From Patescibacteria group bacterium (GTDB lineage Bacteria > Patescibacteriota > Microgenomatia > UBA8517): 64,000 nucleotides of DNA. The DNA lies in assembly GCA_036381415.1 (NCBI GenBank), contig DASVCV010000001.1, positions 69,053 to 133,052 on the forward strand, in the 5' to 3' direction. A program made the position numbers and the translations under genes. The notes under the pieces were generated by a model. The model made no database searches, had not been told where the DNA came from, and saw only the letters and a list, made by a program, of their open reading frames with translations. Position 1 is the stretch's first letter. Each line of letters begins with the position of its first letter. Positions 38,107-47,605 of the stretch are shown piece by piece.

Positions 38107-39477
38107 ATGGAAAGAATTCGTTTTTTTGATGCTTCAATTTCACAACATATGGGCAGAAAGATTCCTGCCAATACCGAGGTTACTGTCCAAGAAGTTCTAC
38201 ATGAAGCTAAAGATTTGAATCCTCAAGTCTTCCGTTCAGAAAATTTTATTCAGGACTTTAACAATTGGAGCATAGACCCATTAGCCAGAGCTAAAACTCA
38301 AAAGTGGGAAATGGCAGTGGGGACGGTCATGTATGCAATTTCAGGTCAAATACCTGACAGAGCTGATGTTTTAAGAGGCAGACAAATAATAGATAAACTA
38401 CCCAAAGCAATTAAGGCTGACCTGGATTTACATTTTACGCTATCCTATCTTCCCTATCTTCTCGTAGGTTTCAATATCGATCCTCGTAATGTACATGTTG
38501 ATGAAGCAAATAAGATTGATAATGCCGTTGCATTTATTTTAGAGACTTACAACACTTCATCTGTGACTTCCTTGTCTTTTCTGTGTGCCCATCGTGAGTT
38601 GACCGTAAGGAAACCTATGAGTTTGGTTTCTGAACTTGCAGGAGAAAAAATCAAAAAGACAGTAAATTTGCAGTTAGGCATATTTTGTAACGCGAATATA
38701 GACGGTGCTCTACTTCTATGGAAACAGCAGGAAGCTAGCGAAAAAGCCGGTTCTAATATGTTTCCAGATATGTTTATAAACTATATGACTCATGGTCAAA
38801 TTTCGGACATGCTTCTTCTTTTAGACTCACATTTTCAACAAATGAAGGTAATTCTTGAGGAAAAAAATACTGATAAAGTAAAAATTTTACTTGAAGGACA
38901 AGATGAATACTCTTCACAACTTGAGCAGGAATTATCTCGTATATTCCATGCAAATTGGAAATATTCACCTGCTAGCGACAATTGCGCATGGCCTAATAAA
39001 TTATTATCAATTGCCGAGGAACTAACAATACATGACATTGACAGATTAAAGCCGTACTTTGAAGTTTCAAAAGAAAATGAATGGAAAAGCCACCTTGAAC
39101 AGCTAATTGATAAAAATCTTGCTCGAGCAAGAACCCTTGAAGCTGAAGGGCAAAAACTTTCTTCTGGTAAACCACTAAGTGATCTAACAGAGGCAGCGAT
39201 AAAATGGTTCAGTGAAAATCAAGGTATGACTTTTTCGGCAAAATCTCTTTATGAGACACTCTTTTATTTTTATTGGGGGCAACAAGCGGCAAAAAACAAA
39301 CAAGTTGGGGTAGGAATTGATAGAGATTATTCATCCTTTCAAACAGCTGCTTGGGAGGCCGGATATTGCATGGACAGCTCTAAAAGGGCACCTATATTAT
39401 ACGCAAGAAGAATTGATGATGAGAAGGCCGGCGGAAGGCTTAGGGAAATTTCATACAGACAGTTTTGGAGAAAATAA
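38107..39477 (+). CDS. hypothetical protein (456 aa)
   Basis: Its start abuts the tkt stop; no recognisable motifs. Confidence 0.35.
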   Translation: MERIRFFDASISQHMGRKIPANTEVTVQEVLHEAKDLNPQVFRSENFIQDFNNWSIDPLARAKTQKWEMAVGTVMYAISGQIPDRADVLRGRQIIDKLPKAIKADLDLHFTLSYLPYLLVGFNIDPRNVHVDEANKIDNAVAFILETYNTSSVTSLSFLCAHRELTVRKPMSLVSELAGEKIKKTVNLQLGIFCNANIDGALLLWKQQEASEKAGSNMFPDMFINYMTHGQISDMLLLLDSHFQQMKVILEEKNTDKVKILLEGQDEYSSQLEQELSRIFHANWKYSPASDNCAWPNKLLSIAEELTIHDIDRLKPYFEVSKENEWKSHLEQLIDKNLARARTLEAEGQKLSSGKPLSDLTEAAIKWFSENQGMTFSAKSLYETLFYFYWGQQAAKNKQVGVGIDRDYSSFQTAAWEAGYCMDSSKRAPILYARRIDDEKAGGRLREISYRQFWRK

Positions 39478-39481
39478 TTAT

Positions 39482-40480
39482 TTATCTCAGTTTCTTAACT
39501 TCTTCTTCCAATTTTGTTAAATTATTTTTGTACCAACGGACAATATTAAAATCTTCGCGGATCATTTGTTCTTTAACATCAACTTTATTTACATACAATC
39601 TAATCAATGAATGTATGTTGGTAATAAGAAAATAGTAATAGGCTCTGAAAATCTTTGATGCTGAATTATCTTTAAAACTCGATTTTAAATATGGTTGGAT
39701 TGATGTGAGAATATTCGCTATCTCAGAGACTTCGAGGTTTACCCTTTCAGGATCAGGTTTAAATAGTGTAAATGTAATTGTTTTCATCAGGTCGACTTCT
39801 ACGAAACCATAGTCAGATTTTTCCCAATCAACAATCCAGAAGTTATTATTTTTATCTCTAATAATGTTTTGCTTTAAAAAATCCCCATGAAGAATTTGTC
39901 CTTTTGTTTGAAAATTTAATATTTCCGATCTATTATTCTCCACTTCTGTTTTTAAGAACTCTAAATATTCTAAATCTCTTGGAGCAGAGGGGAATTGGCT
40001 GCTTTTGATTGCGGTTTCAAGCTGGTTTACATTTCTCATAAAAAGCCAATACCTGTCCTCAAAGGACACTGTTCGTTCTTTGCTTATTTTTTTAAGCTCA
40101 GTATTGGTTTGCGAATATAGTGGGAAAAATTCTGGATTATTGTCACGCATTTGCACTTCTGCTTCGGTACGCAAATCTACTCCATCTATATATCTTGAAA
40201 CGGTAAATATACTACCTTGAAATTCAGTTAGATATTCGTTGTCTTTATTTCTTATTAGCTGTGGTATTTGAATTGTTGTGTTGGCCAAATATTGAGTTGA
40301 TTTTTCCACATCGTTTTTTGCCCTGCCTATTTGAGACTGATAATATTTTTTTACAAAGAATATTCCTTGGGTTGTTTCAACTATCGAAAACAAGGATGAT
40401 GGATCATTAAATTTGGAAAAAATCGGCACAAAGGGTTTGACTTCAACCACATCTCCAATAGAATATCTTTCTTTAATCAT
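39482..40480 (-). CDS. APH/choline-kinase-family phosphotransferase
   Basis: Catalytic loop HGDFLKQNII and IVDWEKSDYG (Brenner motif plus DxE). Confidence 0.6.
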   Translation of the reverse strand: MIKERYSIGDVVEVKPFVPIFSKFNDPSSLFSIVETTQGIFFVKKYYQSQIGRAKNDVEKSTQYLANTTIQIPQLIRNKDNEYLTEFQGSIFTVSRYIDGVDLRTEAEVQMRDNNPEFFPLYSQTNTELKKISKERTVSFEDRYWLFMRNVNQLETAIKSSQFPSAPRDLEYLEFLKTEVENNRSEILNFQTKGQILHGDFLKQNIIRDKNNNFWIVDWEKSDYGFVEVDLMKTITFTLFKPDPERVNLEVSEIANILTSIQPYLKSSFKDNSASKIFRAYYYFLITNIHSLIRLYVNKVDVKEQMIREDFNIVRWYKNNLTKLEEEVKKLR

Positions 40481-40482
40481 AA

Positions 40483-41421
40483 TTATATTTCCTTTGCTCT
40501 TTGTTCGGCACTTAAAAGCGCGCCTGGAATGTTAATTTTCTTTTTATTTAATGCAAGGTCTAGGTCTCCTATACAAATAAAATCTTCAACACTACAGTTA
40601 ACCAACTTTGGCCACCTTCCTTCAAAACCTATAAAAACACCTACATATGCTCCATGAGGTGCCTTTATCTGATATTGACTGTCCGTGGAGATGATTTTCT
40701 CAACTAAATTATTTTCATTTAATTTTATTTCTTCTATTTGCCAACAGTTATCAATAATTTGAATGGTTCCTTTTTTAACATAAGACTCTACATCTCTTAC
40801 AAAATCAGGGTTTGCGTGATCGGCAAACTTATTTTTAACAAAAATTGTTATTGGCCCACGAGGAATTTGTGTATATTTTTCCTCTATGTGCTTAGCAACT
40901 CTTGCGGCTTTAAGTAATGTTTTATCCCCACTACCAATAAGAATTATTTCGTGGTTAGAGAAATCGATTTTCTTTAGATCTTCTGCTGAAAAGCTAGATA
41001 TGTTAAATTCCTGGGCGGGCAATCTTCTTATGGCATCAATTTGTTTAAGTCTTGCGCCCGTGGCTAAAACTACATTTTCTGCTTTATATACTTCTCCACT
41101 TTCAGTTGCTAGCTGATATATGTTTTCAGTTTTAGTTATTTGCTTTATTTCGGAATATTGGACTACTCCGTTAAATCCTTTTTGAAAATAATCTGCAATT
41201 CCAGAACCTAGGTGTTTTCCGTCAACTAAAAAGTCCCATTTGGTTTTCTCGTCGGCTTCATGGTTCCTAACAAATAGGCCGTAAGTAGACAGTTCAGAAC
41301 ACAACTCGTTCCCTTTTTCAAATAGAATAATGTTTGTCTTGTGACTTTTGACTAATTCCTGATAGAAAACGATTCCAGCAGGACCACCTCCAACAATGGC
41401 ATATTCGTATTCTTTTTTCAT
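40483..41421 (-). CDS. FAD-dependent pyridine-nucleotide-disulfide-type oxidoreductase
   Basis: N-terminal Rossmann motif AIVGGGPAG and a second GSGD motif; ~312 aa, thioredoxin-reductase-like. Confidence 0.55.
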   Translation of the reverse strand: MKKEYEYAIVGGGPAGIVFYQELVKSHKTNIILFEKGNELCSELSTYGLFVRNHEADEKTKWDFLVDGKHLGSGIADYFQKGFNGVVQYSEIKQITKTENIYQLATESGEVYKAENVVLATGARLKQIDAIRRLPAQEFNISSFSAEDLKKIDFSNHEIILIGSGDKTLLKAARVAKHIEEKYTQIPRGPITIFVKNKFADHANPDFVRDVESYVKKGTIQIIDNCWQIEEIKLNENNLVEKIISTDSQYQIKAPHGAYVGVFIGFEGRWPKLVNCSVEDFICIGDLDLALNKKKINIPGALLSAEQRAKEI

Positions 41422-42377
41422 CTCGAGCTAAGTGCAAGCAGGTGTTGTTCTATTGAAGCCACAAGTGCTTGAGCGTTATATCCTCCTTCCAGGACAGAAA
41501 TGACTGGTATATTAGCAAAGGTGTCTGTTAATTTTTTGGTCATCTCAAAGTAAGCTTTCTCTTCAAGTGAAAATCCACGCATTGGGTCTCTTTTGTGCGT
41601 ATCGAATCCCGCTGAAACCAAAACAATATCAGGAGAGAATGTTTGTTGTATCTTTTCTACCTGACTGGAGAATTTTTTAAGATATTCAGATTGTGTAGAA
41701 GATCGCGGTACTTGAATGAGGCTCTGCCTGTTCTTAATCTCGGGTTTTTTTGGTTTTCCAATGATAGGAAAGTCTATTGTTGATATATCAAAAAAATAAA
41801 TTGAGTCTATTTTCTTAACAACAGAGAATGTGCCATTTCCAAAATGGGTATCCCAATCTATAACCAGCACCTTCTTTTCTGGGTGGAGATTTAGAAAGAA
41901 TTTACTGGCAATCGCAACATTATTGAAAATACAGAACCCGGCCGCTTCCCTGCGAGAAGCATGGTGTCCCGGTGGTCGGATAGCACAAAAAGCATAGTCA
42001 AGCTTATTCTCGGTTATATATGTAATAGCGGCACATGCGGTAGAAGCGGCCAAATAGGCGGCTTCAAACGTTCCACTATCAATGTATGTATCTTTTCTGT
42101 CTAAATACCAGTTTCGTTTTTTAACTTTTCTAGAAATACGCTTAATTTTTTCAATATATTTGGAATCGTGTACAAGTTCTACACACCCAGCTATTAATTC
42201 TGATTGAGGAACGAATTTTAAATTCTGTAGATCTGGATTTTGTTTTAGATGTTCTTCCAAAGATGCTAATCTTTTTCCAGATTCGGGATGGGAAAAATCT
42301 CTACATTCGTGTTGAACGGCGGTGGCAACATAGAAGAGACCAACTCGGTTATTTTTTTCTACTGAAGATCTTTCCAT
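41418..42377 (-). CDS. histone-deacetylase-family (acetylpolyamine/acetoin-type) amidohydrolase
   Basis: HHASRREAAGFCIFNNVAIA and IDWDTHFGNGT metal-site motifs. Confidence 0.7.
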   Translation of the reverse strand: MERSSVEKNNRVGLFYVATAVQHECRDFSHPESGKRLASLEEHLKQNPDLQNLKFVPQSELIAGCVELVHDSKYIEKIKRISRKVKKRNWYLDRKDTYIDSGTFEAAYLAASTACAAITYITENKLDYAFCAIRPPGHHASRREAAGFCIFNNVAIASKFFLNLHPEKKVLVIDWDTHFGNGTFSVVKKIDSIYFFDISTIDFPIIGKPKKPEIKNRQSLIQVPRSSTQSEYLKKFSSQVEKIQQTFSPDIVLVSAGFDTHKRDPMRGFSLEEKAYFEMTKKLTDTFANIPVISVLEGGYNAQALVASIEQHLLALSSR

Positions 42378-42391
42378 TTTAGATTACCTAT

Positions 42392-42916
42392 TCAGCCTTT
42401 CAAGGCATTCGTAAATTCCTCTGAATATGGGTAATCGTGGGTATCGGCAGGTTTAGAAATTACTTTTAGGTTCGGATTTATAGAATGGAGGAATTCTCTA
42501 ATTTCCTCAAAACTGCCGTGGTTGTCTTGTTCGTTTTGAATACAGATAAAGTTGTTATCTGGAAATGTTTTCAATATTTGGTATGACTTTTTCTCTTCTT
42601 CTCCCAAATCTCTTAGTGGAATTCCACAGAGGACCAGTTTATTGACTGTGTTTGGGTTTGTCTTCAGAATATTCATAGCAACTGCGGTTCCAATAGATTT
42701 TGCTAAGATATTTAGCTTCTCGCCTTCCATTTTTTTTGCTACACGAGAAACCTCTACTTTCATCCACTCTCCCCAGTCAGCAAAAGAGGTATTGTTAGTA
42801 GTCCAATGGTCCCATTCCACCACCTCGGCCGGAATTTCAGGTTCCAGTGCCTTTTTGGTCTCGTATGCCCAATCCTTATTTTTGATCGAAAAACCCGGCA
42901 AAATCATTGTTTTCAT
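42392..42916 (-). CDS. hypothetical protein (possible small alpha/beta-hydrolase-like)
   Basis: AKSIGTAV resembles a nucleophile elbow. It is the first gene of the four-gene minus-strand operon. Confidence 0.3.
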   Translation of the reverse strand: MKTMILPGFSIKNKDWAYETKKALEPEIPAEVVEWDHWTTNNTSFADWGEWMKVEVSRVAKKMEGEKLNILAKSIGTAVAMNILKTNPNTVNKLVLCGIPLRDLGEEEKKSYQILKTFPDNNFICIQNEQDNHGSFEEIREFLHSINPNLKVISKPADTHDYPYSEEFTNALKG

Positions 42917-42945
42917 GGAGATAGTTTAACATAAATAGCTGATTT

Positions 42946-43308
42946 ATGAGAATTACTGAGGATAAGTATGACAAGTTTTATCAGTCTTTCTGTGACCGTA
43001 TAGCAGAAATAGATACGCGACTGGCTATGCTTCAGGGCGCCGAAGACAACTATTACATCACGGCTAAATATATACTGGAATTAGCAAATCGAGCGTATGA
43101 TTTATTCAAAAGTTCTGAAATTGAGGAAAGACGCCAACTTTTGAAGCTCACACTTCAAAACATAACCCTAGGTGGTAAAACAGTCCGATTCCAAGCTCAA
43201 AAACTCTTTGATACAATCTTAAATTTCGCAGATAGTCCTTCTTGGCTCCACCTGATGGATGAAGTTAGAACTTATTGTCAAAATATCTGTTGTATAATTT
43301 ATATATGA
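42946..43308 (+). CDS. hypothetical protein
   Basis: 120-aa ORF that overlaps the start of the next gene. Confidence 0.25.
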   Translation: MRITEDKYDKFYQSFCDRIAEIDTRLAMLQGAEDNYYITAKYILELANRAYDLFKSSEIEERRQLLKLTLQNITLGGKTVRFQAQKLFDTILNFADSPSWLHLMDEVRTYCQNICCIIYI

Positions 43309-43709
43309 AAATCAAGATACTTCTTGAGGAACTAGATAAGCTTGGTATTCCAAAGGACAAAATGGCTATCACTTCCTCTGGGCCTTTAGGGATAAGGAAT
43401 TTGCGTGAAATCAATGACTTGGACATAATTGTACTTCCAGAAGTTTGGAGTGATCTTGTCAAAAAATATGATGTAACAAAGGAGGACAACTTTGAATCAA
43501 TTTATATTGGCAACGTACAAGTTTTGGGCGAAGGTTCTTGGTTTACTGATCCGAAGCTTGGAAGTGTAGAAGAAGATATTAAAAACGCCGATGTGATTAA
43601 TGGATACAGATACGTAAAATTAGACAAAATATTAAAAATAAAAAGACTTAAAGATAGAGAGAAAGATATTAAAGATGTAAAAATAATTGAAGAGTATATG
43701 AAAAAGTGA
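43305..43709 (+). CDS. putative nucleotidyltransferase-fold protein
   Basis: SSGPLGIRNLREINDLDIIV resembles a GS...DxD NTase motif. The start is set at MKIKIL. Confidence 0.3.
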   Translation: MKIKILLEELDKLGIPKDKMAITSSGPLGIRNLREINDLDIIVLPEVWSDLVKKYDVTKEDNFESIYIGNVQVLGEGSWFTDPKLGSVEEDIKNADVINGYRYVKLDKILKIKRLKDREKDIKDVKIIEEYMKK

Positions 43710-43788
43710 AGAAGGTCTCCCTTCCTTCCCAAACTATCTAGCTCTACTTGGTGGATAAAGCCAGAACTTGTTGTACAGCAAGATGGGC

Positions 43789-43815
43789 TATGGAGCTATT
43801 TCTCTCCAGATAACT
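43789..43815. repeat. 27-bp direct repeat copy A (tatggagctatttctctccagataact)
   Basis: Exact match to 47936..47962. Read on the minus strand it encodes ..VIWREIAP*, the same C-terminus as the gene at 47935..49650. Confidence 0.8.
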
Positions 43816-43892
43816 GGTTTCTCCAGAGCGCTAAATTTAAATTTTGTCTAGTGCAGCTTGTGTCAGGCTGATATAATGCTTGTTGAATCTAA

Positions 43893-44813
43893 ATGCCAGG
43901 AATAGAACATTTTTCCACAGTTAATACTCCCTTGGATCAATATAGAGAATCTATTGAGTTGGAATTAGTGAAAAGAGTTGAAGTTCCATTCACGAAGGGA
44001 GAAATTATTTATGCACAGACTGAGTCAGGTGTGAGTGTGGTGGTTAAAAAACCTCTGCGCAAAGAGCAAGCAGAGCACGAATGGGTAGGATTAAACAAGG
44101 CACATTCAACAGGAATTTTAGTACCATTGCCGATTGCACTTATAAATTACAGCCAAGAACAGTTGGCTATTGTTTCTGCTCTAGTTGACGGAAATAACCT
44201 ATATTATTTCCCTAACCCCAAAATTAAATCTGAGATTGGTAGGCAAGTCAGGATAATGCATGACCTAGCAGAAGTTGACGGAAGAACTTGGGAATCAAGC
44301 GGACGAAAAACTTTTGAGTATTACGACAAATATAAATTTAATTGGTCTAGAGGGAAAATCGAAGAACTTAGCATTGATAGCGAGACATCTTTATTATTGA
44401 CTTCTCTTGCAATAAATATGGAGGTTTTTTGCAGAGAGTCCCAACCCACCTTTAATCACAACGATTTGCATGACGGTCAGATTATTGTAGATAAAAACAA
44501 CACTCCTGTGATTATAGATTTCGGCAACTGGAATGAAGAAACGTGGCTCAATGACCTGGGTTACTACTTATTTCATTTAATAAGAACTGATAGAAATAAT
44601 GATGACTTTGGAAATTTTTTAGATGGCTACACTGGAGGTAAAAAATTTTCTGATGTTGAGAAATCCAACTTAGCATTCTACTTGTTATTTATATCATCAA
44701 GGGCTCTAGCCTACTTTTACAGAAACAATAGTCCATACCTTGCAATAGCTAAAGATACACACACGAAAGTATTAGCTTACTTAGCTGATGAAGTATTATG
44801 GAAATCTTATTGA
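43893..44813 (+). CDS. APH/protein-kinase-like phosphotransferase
   Basis: Catalytic loop HNDLHDGQII and IIDFGNW (DFG-like). Confidence 0.55.
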   Translation: MPGIEHFSTVNTPLDQYRESIELELVKRVEVPFTKGEIIYAQTESGVSVVVKKPLRKEQAEHEWVGLNKAHSTGILVPLPIALINYSQEQLAIVSALVDGNNLYYFPNPKIKSEIGRQVRIMHDLAEVDGRTWESSGRKTFEYYDKYKFNWSRGKIEELSIDSETSLLLTSLAINMEVFCRESQPTFNHNDLHDGQIIVDKNNTPVIIDFGNWNEETWLNDLGYYLFHLIRTDRNNDDFGNFLDGYTGGKKFSDVEKSNLAFYLLFISSRALAYFYRNNSPYLAIAKDTHTKVLAYLADEVLWKSY

Positions 44814-45460
44814 TTCGACTTTTTTTCTAAGTACTTAAGGTGAGAGTAGTTATTTATATAGTTAATTTGCCAAGTTTGCCATTGGCTGCTGTGGATTAAA
44901 AGCGAGAGACCTGTATTGTTGATTGCTAGATTGTTGATAGCTCTAAACATACTTTCGTGTGAATAGTTCCTGCCTAACAAAACATTGCTTAATAGACACC
45001 TTATAAAAAGATCGTGAGATACAACTAAAACGCGTTTACCTTGGTAGTTTTTTGTTAAAAACAGCAACAACTTAGAAGTACGGTCTAGAACTTCGCGGGT
45101 TGATTCTTCTTTTCCTTCAAATTTCCAGTCCAAATTTCCAAAGTTTTTACGGTATTCATTAGCATATTTCATAGAAATTTCGCTGTTTCTTAAAGCGCCA
45201 TACATATCAGGAAGTTGTTTTCTCTCGTGGATATAATCCAAAATCTCAAAGTCAATTTGAGCTTCTTTAGAAATAATTTCTGCGGTTTTGCGAGATCGCT
45301 CCCAATCGCTCGAAAAAATTTTATCTATTTTGTAAAATTTCACCTGTTTACCAAGAGCTTCGGCTTGTTTCTTACCGATATCGCTAAGCTTTGAATTTGG
45401 CGTTTGCCAACGATCTTTTACGGCTTCACCCTCGGCGTGTCTAGCAAGAAATAAGAACAT
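44807..45460 (-). CDS. histidine phosphatase family protein
   Basis: LARHAEGEA N-terminus. It is a clear paralog of the gene at 32876..33520 (SDWERSRKTAEIISKE vs SKWDRARKTAQIVSKK; VLVVSHDLFIRC vs ILVVTHGLFIRC). Confidence 0.65.
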   Translation of the reverse strand: MFLFLARHAEGEAVKDRWQTPNSKLSDIGKKQAEALGKQVKFYKIDKIFSSDWERSRKTAEIISKEAQIDFEILDYIHERKQLPDMYGALRNSEISMKYANEYRKNFGNLDWKFEGKEESTREVLDRTSKLLLFLTKNYQGKRVLVVSHDLFIRCLLSNVLLGRNYSHESMFRAINNLAINNTGLSLLIHSSQWQTWQINYINNYSHLKYLEKKSNQ

Positions 45461-45473
45461 CTAGAGAATTATA

Positions 45474-46244
45474 CTATAAAGTCCCTATCGCGATAACCCC
45501 AATTACACTTTCGTCTATTTTGTCGAAATCCAGTAATTGGTTTAATCCATCATCTATAAATCCTCCAATAGAACAGGCACCTAACCCAAGCTCTTGTGCA
45601 ATTAGATTTATGTTTTGAGCATAATGCCCATATTCTGTATAAATGTGTCGCAGGCCTCGATCTCCGTACTTACTTTCTGTTCTATCAAAGATAGCAGATA
45701 CAATGATTAAAAGAGACGCTTTGCGTATCCATGGCTGGTTAAATTGCTTTATGGTTTTGATGAAAAATGACTTATCGTAAATTTTTTCCAGTGAATGGCT
45801 TTTAACGTGATAATGATATATTCCTGGTTTTATATTTTCAGATCGAAAAACAATAGGATAAATTTCCAAAGGATATCTTGCTCCTGCCGATGGGTAAAAC
45901 CTTCTCTCACCGGCTTTTTTGAATAATAGTTGTTTTAGACCTCCGGAAAAATATAACAGATTGGAAAGGTCACTAATCTTAATATATTTTTTGGTAAATT
46001 TTCTTGTAGAGACTCTTTTGACCAATGCATCGTTTAGACTCCATTTTGCGGCAACTGGAACAGGTAGCAAAGCTTGGTTCATTCTCGGATAAGCTTTGTA
46101 ATAAATCTTTTTCCACTGTTCAGGCCAAGTACTATATGGAGTTTTTTTGTAATTACTGAAATCCTTTATTTTTATACTATTGTTGAACTTTCTCGACAAA
46201 GAAAGATCCAATTTCTCTAAAATACTTACAGTTTTATTTTTCAT
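45474..46244 (-). CDS. SagB/McbC-type FMN-dependent dehydrogenase (azoline oxidase)
   Basis: RRFYPSAGARYPLEIY...PGIYHYH, the hallmark of the SagB-type dehydrogenase domain, and a nitroreductase-fold C-terminus (GHYAQNINLIAQELGLGACSIGGF). Confidence 0.7.
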   Translation of the reverse strand: MKNKTVSILEKLDLSLSRKFNNSIKIKDFSNYKKTPYSTWPEQWKKIYYKAYPRMNQALLPVPVAAKWSLNDALVKRVSTRKFTKKYIKISDLSNLLYFSGGLKQLLFKKAGERRFYPSAGARYPLEIYPIVFRSENIKPGIYHYHVKSHSLEKIYDKSFFIKTIKQFNQPWIRKASLLIIVSAIFDRTESKYGDRGLRHIYTEYGHYAQNINLIAQELGLGACSIGGFIDDGLNQLLDFDKIDESVIGVIAIGTL

Positions 46245-47560
46245 AAGAATGGATGTGGGTAAGCGTTTAGTTTAGCGTTGCGTTTGTATCCTAACTTAGA
46301 TGGCACGTCATATAGCCTTTTCCCTCCCCATAGTGGAAACTTTTCGTCTAAGTATAAGGGTTGCATACCTGGAACTAAAACTTTTACAGCCTTGAAAGGA
46401 ATATTTTTAAAATACATTGGAGTTATATCTTTATAATAAATTGTATAGTTCCTTTTTCTTAAAATATTCTTTAACTGTGTAATTTGTGCCTGCACTGACA
46501 CTCTCTTATTTTTAGGTCCAATATTTTTGATTTTCAGTTCTTTAATTAAAAAGTTAATTTTAGAAATTGATCTAGGATGGTACCAAAGCAACCCTCTGTT
46601 TTTTATACTTGAATCCTCAAACAGTTTCACTTTCGAAATACTCACAGGGTTTTTAATGTATGCTTCTCTAATCCAACTCCTAGTATGAAAAGCTTCATTA
46701 ATAGATCCGACAATAGCCTTTTCCACATCTAAATTAGCTTTAAGGCCGACAGAGACAGCCTTACTTAACCCTGAACGGTCAATTAATATAGAAGCAACAA
46801 CAGGTATATCTAAATCTGTACTAATATCTACTGAATATAACTCCATGTTATACCTATCTGTAATTTCAACTAATGAACTTATAATTTTATTTTTAGAGGA
46901 TCTCAAATCATATTTTTTTGGCTTCAGTTTGTTCAAATAGTAGATCATAAAAGAATCTCTCTCAATAATTTCGTAAATTCCTGCTAAAATTGCTGAATCC
47001 AAATTAGAATGACCTGCAGCACCTGTGCTTATTGAAGGGTGTATTATTGGTTCGCTTTGAATTGGATCGTATGAAAGATAAATTGATTGGCAAGGGACAA
47101 GGTATTCTTTGCTGTTAGTTAATGATTTAACTTTTGTCCATCTAAACCTAGACTTTTCATCAATTAGAAATTTTTTATACTCGTTAATATGTAGTTGTTT
47201 CTCAGAAAAATACACAAACAACCTTGGGTTTATTGCACTAGTTTTAACATCTGAATATGTACCTGTAAAATCAACATCTTTTTGGAAAAAAGCAAAATTA
47301 CTATATCTCTCCAAAGCCTCAACTAAAGCTTTGAGTACAGCCATCTTTTGTGAGAAAAAAGAAACGCCAGAAGAATTAGAACTAAAGTGCAGACCATCAT
47401 GTGTTAGGTTCTTATCGCTTAACGTTGCAGAGTAAAACCAAAATTTAGGCTCATCATAATGTTGCCTAGTTCTTTCAAAAGACTCAACTAGATTGATTTG
47501 ACCTAGAGCAGAATCAAGCCCTTTGATTATGTTAGAAGTACTTTTTTTCATAAAACACAA
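46241..47560 (-). CDS. YcaO-domain cyclodehydratase (standalone)
   Basis: YcaO N-motif SGVSFFSQKMAVLKALVEALERYS and ATP-binding region ISTGAAGHSNLDSAILAGIYEIIERDSF. It overlaps the SagB gene by 4 nt. Confidence 0.75.
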   Translation of the reverse strand: MCFMKKSTSNIIKGLDSALGQINLVESFERTRQHYDEPKFWFYSATLSDKNLTHDGLHFSSNSSGVSFFSQKMAVLKALVEALERYSNFAFFQKDVDFTGTYSDVKTSAINPRLFVYFSEKQLHINEYKKFLIDEKSRFRWTKVKSLTNSKEYLVPCQSIYLSYDPIQSEPIIHPSISTGAAGHSNLDSAILAGIYEIIERDSFMIYYLNKLKPKKYDLRSSKNKIISSLVEITDRYNMELYSVDISTDLDIPVVASILIDRSGLSKAVSVGLKANLDVEKAIVGSINEAFHTRSWIREAYIKNPVSISKVKLFEDSSIKNRGLLWYHPRSISKINFLIKELKIKNIGPKNKRVSVQAQITQLKNILRKRNYTIYYKDITPMYFKNIPFKAVKVLVPGMQPLYLDEKFPLWGGKRLYDVPSKLGYKRNAKLNAYPHPFL

Positions 47561-47605
47561 TCAAAACTACAAAGACACTATATATCGATTCAAAGAGATA
47601 ATGCC

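Noticed and set aside
42946-43709. HEPN-MNT toxin-antitoxin pair
   Set aside because: The second gene has a weak NTase-like GS..DxD motif, but the first lacks a recognisable Rx4-6H HEPN motif, so the evidence is insufficient.
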